Part shown: in pieces, positions 35,520-38,647 of the stretch
Position numbering within the stretch: the first letter of the stretch is position 1
Layout: every line of letters begins with the position of its first letter
IMG/VR virus record: IMGVR_UViG_3300020381_000016
Coordinates: 1 to 38,647 of that record
DNA: 38,647 nt
Origin: a virus
Lineage: Duplodnaviria; Caudoviricetes
Direction: 5' to 3' (one strand)
Position numbers and translations under genes: made by a program
The notes under the pieces: model-generated
Database searches by the model: none
Seen by the model: the letters and a program-made list of their open reading frames with translations, nothing else
What the model was told of the DNA's origin: nothing

Positions 35520-36730
35520 TGAAAAATACACACCTCGAACACTTAGAAGATAATATATTGAATGACGGATCTCAAGGAGGTAAGGAATCAATTGCATTCC
35601 TTCGTTCTCTTGGAGAAATGTTAGACCAAGGTAGTGCAGAAGCTCGTATTACAGTTAAGTGGGATGGAGCGCCTGCAATAATTTGTGGTGTTAATCCAGA
35701 CAACGGAAGATTTTTTGTAGGAACTAAATCTGTATTCAATAAAGTAAATCCAAAGATATTATATTCTGAAAATGATGTGGATAGTATGTATCCGCCTGGG
35801 CAACTTTCACAAAAACTTAAAGATGCATACAAATATCTCTCTACTCTTTCAATACCAAATGTTGTACAGGGAGATCTTTTATTTACTGATGACAAGTATG
35901 AGGCAAATATTGGTGGAGATACTTGTATTGCATTCCAACCAAATACAATCGTGTATGCAGTTCCAAAAGATAGTGATATTGGACAAAAGATAGATGAAGC
36001 AAAGTTTGGAATTGTGTTTCATACTTCATATTCTGGTAGAACTCTAGATGCAATGTCTGCCAGTTTTGGGAATATTAATATTCAAGGAAATACCAATGTC
36101 TTTGTGACATCATCTGATTTTAAAAATGCGTCAGGTGAAGCGAACATGACTCGTGCAGAGAAAACATCCTATACAAATCTAGTCAACAAAACTGAAGGAT
36201 CTCTAAAACAAGCGTCTCGTTTTCTTGATTTGATGAAAACAAATAGTATGAATAAGTTTACATTGAATATTATGTTTAAGACTTTTTTCAACTCTTATAT
36301 TCGTCAAGGTAAAACTTTAATTGGTGCTCGTAATACAGCAAGAGATTTTGCACAGTATTTTTCAAACGCATTAGATAAAGAAATTGCAACTAAGAAGATG
36401 AAGACGACAAAAGATAAATACTTAGAACTGAAGAATAAAGGCCTTAAATTTATTTCTGACAATCAACAGGCAATATACATGACTGTTGCATCTTATATGA
36501 ATTTACAGGCTGCAAAAAATTTTATGATTCGTAAGTTGCAAAAGGTAAATACATTTGGAACTTTCTTAAGAACACCAGATGGTTATCGTGTGACTGCGCC
36601 TGAAGGATTTGTCGCAATCCGATCAGGACAAGCTCTTAAACTTGTAGATCGTTTAGAGTTTAGTCGTGCAAACTTTACCGCAGATAAAAATTGGGAAAAG
36701 GGAAATCCCATGCCAGTACCGAAAATATGA
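35519..36730 (+). CDS. Ligase-fold (KxDG) nucleotidyltransferase, DUF6267-like
   Basis: HLEHLED, TVKWDG (motif I), QGD, EGFV (motif IV) and KLVDR (motif V); GTG start. Confidence 0.7.
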   Translation: MKNTHLEHLEDNILNDGSQGGKESIAFLRSLGEMLDQGSAEARITVKWDGAPAIICGVNPDNGRFFVGTKSVFNKVNPKILYSENDVDSMYPPGQLSQKLKDAYKYLSTLSIPNVVQGDLLFTDDKYEANIGGDTCIAFQPNTIVYAVPKDSDIGQKIDEAKFGIVFHTSYSGRTLDAMSASFGNINIQGNTNVFVTSSDFKNASGEANMTRAEKTSYTNLVNKTEGSLKQASRFLDLMKTNSMNKFTLNIMFKTFFNSYIRQGKTLIGARNTARDFAQYFSNALDKEIATKKMKTTKDKYLELKNKGLKFISDNQQAIYMTVASYMNLQAAKNFMIRKLQKVNTFGTFLRTPDGYRVTAPEGFVAIRSGQALKLVDRLEFSRANFTADKNWEKGNPMPVPKI

Positions 36731-37713
36731 AAAGTTTTACATCGTTTATAACTGAAGCAATATCTTCTCAAACAGTTGCGAAGCCAAATCCTAATGATGA
36801 TGAGGCAGACATGACGGTGGCGTTTGGTCGTTTTAATCCACCTACGACTGGACATGAAAAACTTTTGAACAAAGTCAAACAGGTTGCTGGTCGTGGTAAT
36901 TATGAGATATATCCATCAAGATCAAATGACCCTGCAAAAAATCCATTAGATCCAGAAACAAAAATTGGATATATGCAACAAATGTTTCCAACTCATGCGA
37001 AACATATTATGAATAATGATAAGACTAGAACAATCTTTGATGCCTTGAAAGGTGCAAATGAAAGAGGTGCTAAGTCTGTTAACATTGTGGTAGGACAAGA
37101 TCGACAAAAAGAATTTGAGAACTTAGCAAACAAATATAACAATAAACTTTATAAGTTTGATCGTATCAAGGTTGTGTCTGCTGGAGATCGTGATCCAGAT
37201 GGTGATGGTGTGAGTGCAATGTCAGCATCTAAGTTAAGAAAGGCTGCTGCGGATGATGACTATGATACATTTAGAACTGGTATTCCAAGAACTTTTAAAG
37301 ATGAAAATGCAAGAAAGTTATATGATTCAATAAGACAGGGAATGAAGATTAAGAAACAACAGAATGAGATGTGGAGAATTGCTCCTAAGTTTGATTGGAA
37401 AAATCTTCGTGAGAATTATATGAATGGTAATGTATTTCAAGTGGGTGACACTGTAGAGAATGATAATACTGGTTTGATTGGTAAGATTATTCGTACAGGT
37501 GCAAATCATATTATTGCAGTCACAGAAGATAATATGATGTTCAAATCATGGATCAAGGACATCACCGAGAAGTTCACTGAGATCTCTGGTGTGCCTGCAA
37601 GTCAAAGAGAAGTTGGAACAGATGCTTTAAGAGACTATACTCAAAGACTCTCTCATAATCCTATCATCATTAATTTTATAAATAAATCTAGAAAGAAACG
37701 TGTGAAAGGGTAA
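36727..37713 (+). CDS. HIGH-motif nucleotidyltransferase ('cytidyltransferase') with putative capsid-targeting N-terminus
   Basis: [10 protein letters not shown] start; [17 protein letters not shown] and MSASKLR motifs; extra C-terminal domain; ATGA-coupled to the upstream gene. Confidence 0.85.
   Translation: MKSFTSFITEAISSQTVAKPNPNDDEADMTVAFGRFNPPTTGHEKLLNKVKQVAGRGNYEIYPSRSNDPAKNPLDPETKIGYMQQMFPTHAKHIMNNDKTRTIFDALKGANERGAKSVNIVVGQDRQKEFENLANKYNNKLYKFDRIKVVSAGDRDPDGDGVSAMSASKLRKAAADDDYDTFRTGIPRTFKDENARKLYDSIRQGMKIKKQQNEMWRIAPKFDWKNLRENYMNGNVFQVGDTVENDNTGLIGKIIRTGANHIIAVTEDNMMFKSWIKDITEKFTEISGVPASQREVGTDALRDYTQRLSHNPIIINFINKSRKKRVKG
37677..37684 (+). promoter_or_regulatory. T4 late promoter TATAAATA
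   Basis: Exact consensus about 30 bp upstream of the last ORF. Confidence 0.7.
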
Positions 37714-38647
37714 TGCTTAGTACAAAATTACAAAAAGACTTGATGAATGCATATCTAGCAGTTCATGAAGAGAAGAGAGGACATGCAGCTGGTGCTTCTG
37801 ATGTTGAGAAACAAGCGTCACAATTGGCTTCTGATGTTAGATATAAATCAAAAGCAAAAGTAAAGCCTGGTGCTTCAGATGAAGAGAAGAGAAAAGTATT
37901 TCTTCAAATTCTTCAATCATCACCAGCACCTAGTGCAGTGAAAGCAATGGCAAAAGAAAAACTTTTAGGTGAAGAAGTGGTTAATGAAATGAGATATGAT
38001 GATGGTAAAAGTCAAGAGAGACTTGAAAAACTTGCAAAGAAAAGAAAAATTCCTATGTCTAAGATGAAGAATCATCCACAGTTTAAGAAAGAAGAAGTGG
38101 AGGAAGTAGGAGAGGGAAGTTCATATGGTATAACTAGAGGATCAGGTAAACCAAGTGGTGCTATGGCTGCATTTGGTAAAGCACCTCGTAAACAAAAAGG
38201 TGCAATGGCTTATGATGGCCCAAACAAAGAGAGAAGTGAGGCCGCTGATCGAGTGATTGCAAAGACAAAAGCAAAACGTAAGAAGATGAAGGAAGGAGTA
38301 AAGTATGATCAGAACATGCCTTACGTCGCTGGTCAAACAAATAAAAGAAGAGAAGAAAAACCTTTGACACCTGAGCAAAGGAGAATGATTCCTGAGATTA
38401 TGGATCCTCTACCACCTTATTCACCAACTCGTAAAAAGATTGAGGATATAATTGATAAAAAGAAAAAACCAGACCCATTAGATTTTCTACCAAAACCAAC
38501 TGTAGCATATGCTAAGGAAGCTATGGATGCTGTAGGAAAAGAAGATAAAGACATCGACAATGATGGTGATCATGATAAGACAGACAAGTATCTTTTAAAC
38601 AGACGTAAGGCAGTTAGTAAAGCAATTGCAAAGAAACGTGGTAAGGT
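37713..38647 (+). CDS. Putative internal virion protein, 3'-truncated (not in ORF track)
   Basis: Open from ATG 37713 to the window end ([20 protein letters not shown]...[22 protein letters not shown]...); Lys/Glu-rich. Confidence 0.8.
   Translation, partial: MLSTKLQKDLMNAYLAVHEEKRGHAAGASDVEKQASQLASDVRYKSKAKVKPGASDEEKRKVFLQILQSSPAPSAVKAMAKEKLLGEEVVNEMRYDDGKSQERLEKLAKKRKIPMSKMKNHPQFKKEEVEEVGEGSSYGITRGSGKPSGAMAAFGKAPRKQKGAMAYDGPNKERSEAADRVIAKTKAKRKKMKEGVKYDQNMPYVAGQTNKRREEKPLTPEQRRMIPEIMDPLPPYSPTRKKIEDIIDKKKKPDPLDFLPKPTVAYAKEAMDAVGKEDKDIDNDGDHDKTDKYLLNRRKAVSKAIAKKRGK

Noticed and set aside
1067-38378. All minus-strand ORFs and nested alternative-frame ORFs in the track (e.g. 13428..13931, 24619..25044, 7775..8149, 29024..29350)
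   Set aside because: They shadow well-supported + strand genes, have no recognisable motifs and are expected from codon bias. 7775..8149 also runs through the gp23 terminator.

Overview
A 38.6-kb, AT-rich, gene-dense fragment of a T4-like marine cyanomyovirus. The low GC and picocyanobacterial-type genes such as psbN point to a Prochlorococcus-type host; this is an inference. All credible genes are on the + strand. Order: tail sheath gp18 (5'-truncated), gp19, gp20, gp21, gp22, gp23, gp3, uvsY, uvsW, gp55, gp47, gp46, a CobT-like VWA protein and CobS-like AAA pair, gp45, gp44, gp62, regA, hsp20, gp43, uvsX, a 2OG-Fe(II) oxygenase, gp41, mazG, and a final cluster (nuclease-like protein, ligase-fold nucleotidyltransferase, HIGH-motif nucleotidyltransferase, 3'-truncated internal-type protein). 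T4 late promoters (TATAAATA and variants), sigma70-type promoters and hairpin terminators are visible. Most notable: (1) a window-wide rule that GGNCC and CCWGG occur only in a GCC/GGC context; (2) a ligase-fold enzyme coupled to a nucleotidyltransferase carrying a T4-style capsid-targeting N-terminus; (3) a ROSE-like RNA thermometer before hsp20; (4) a phage psbN among small membrane genes; (5) a DUF4338/DruA-like gene; (6) a putative protease-processed polyprotein of cationic Gly/Ala peptides. Family names come from motif recognition by eye, not database searches. No tRNA, rRNA, CRISPR array, intron or intein was recognised.
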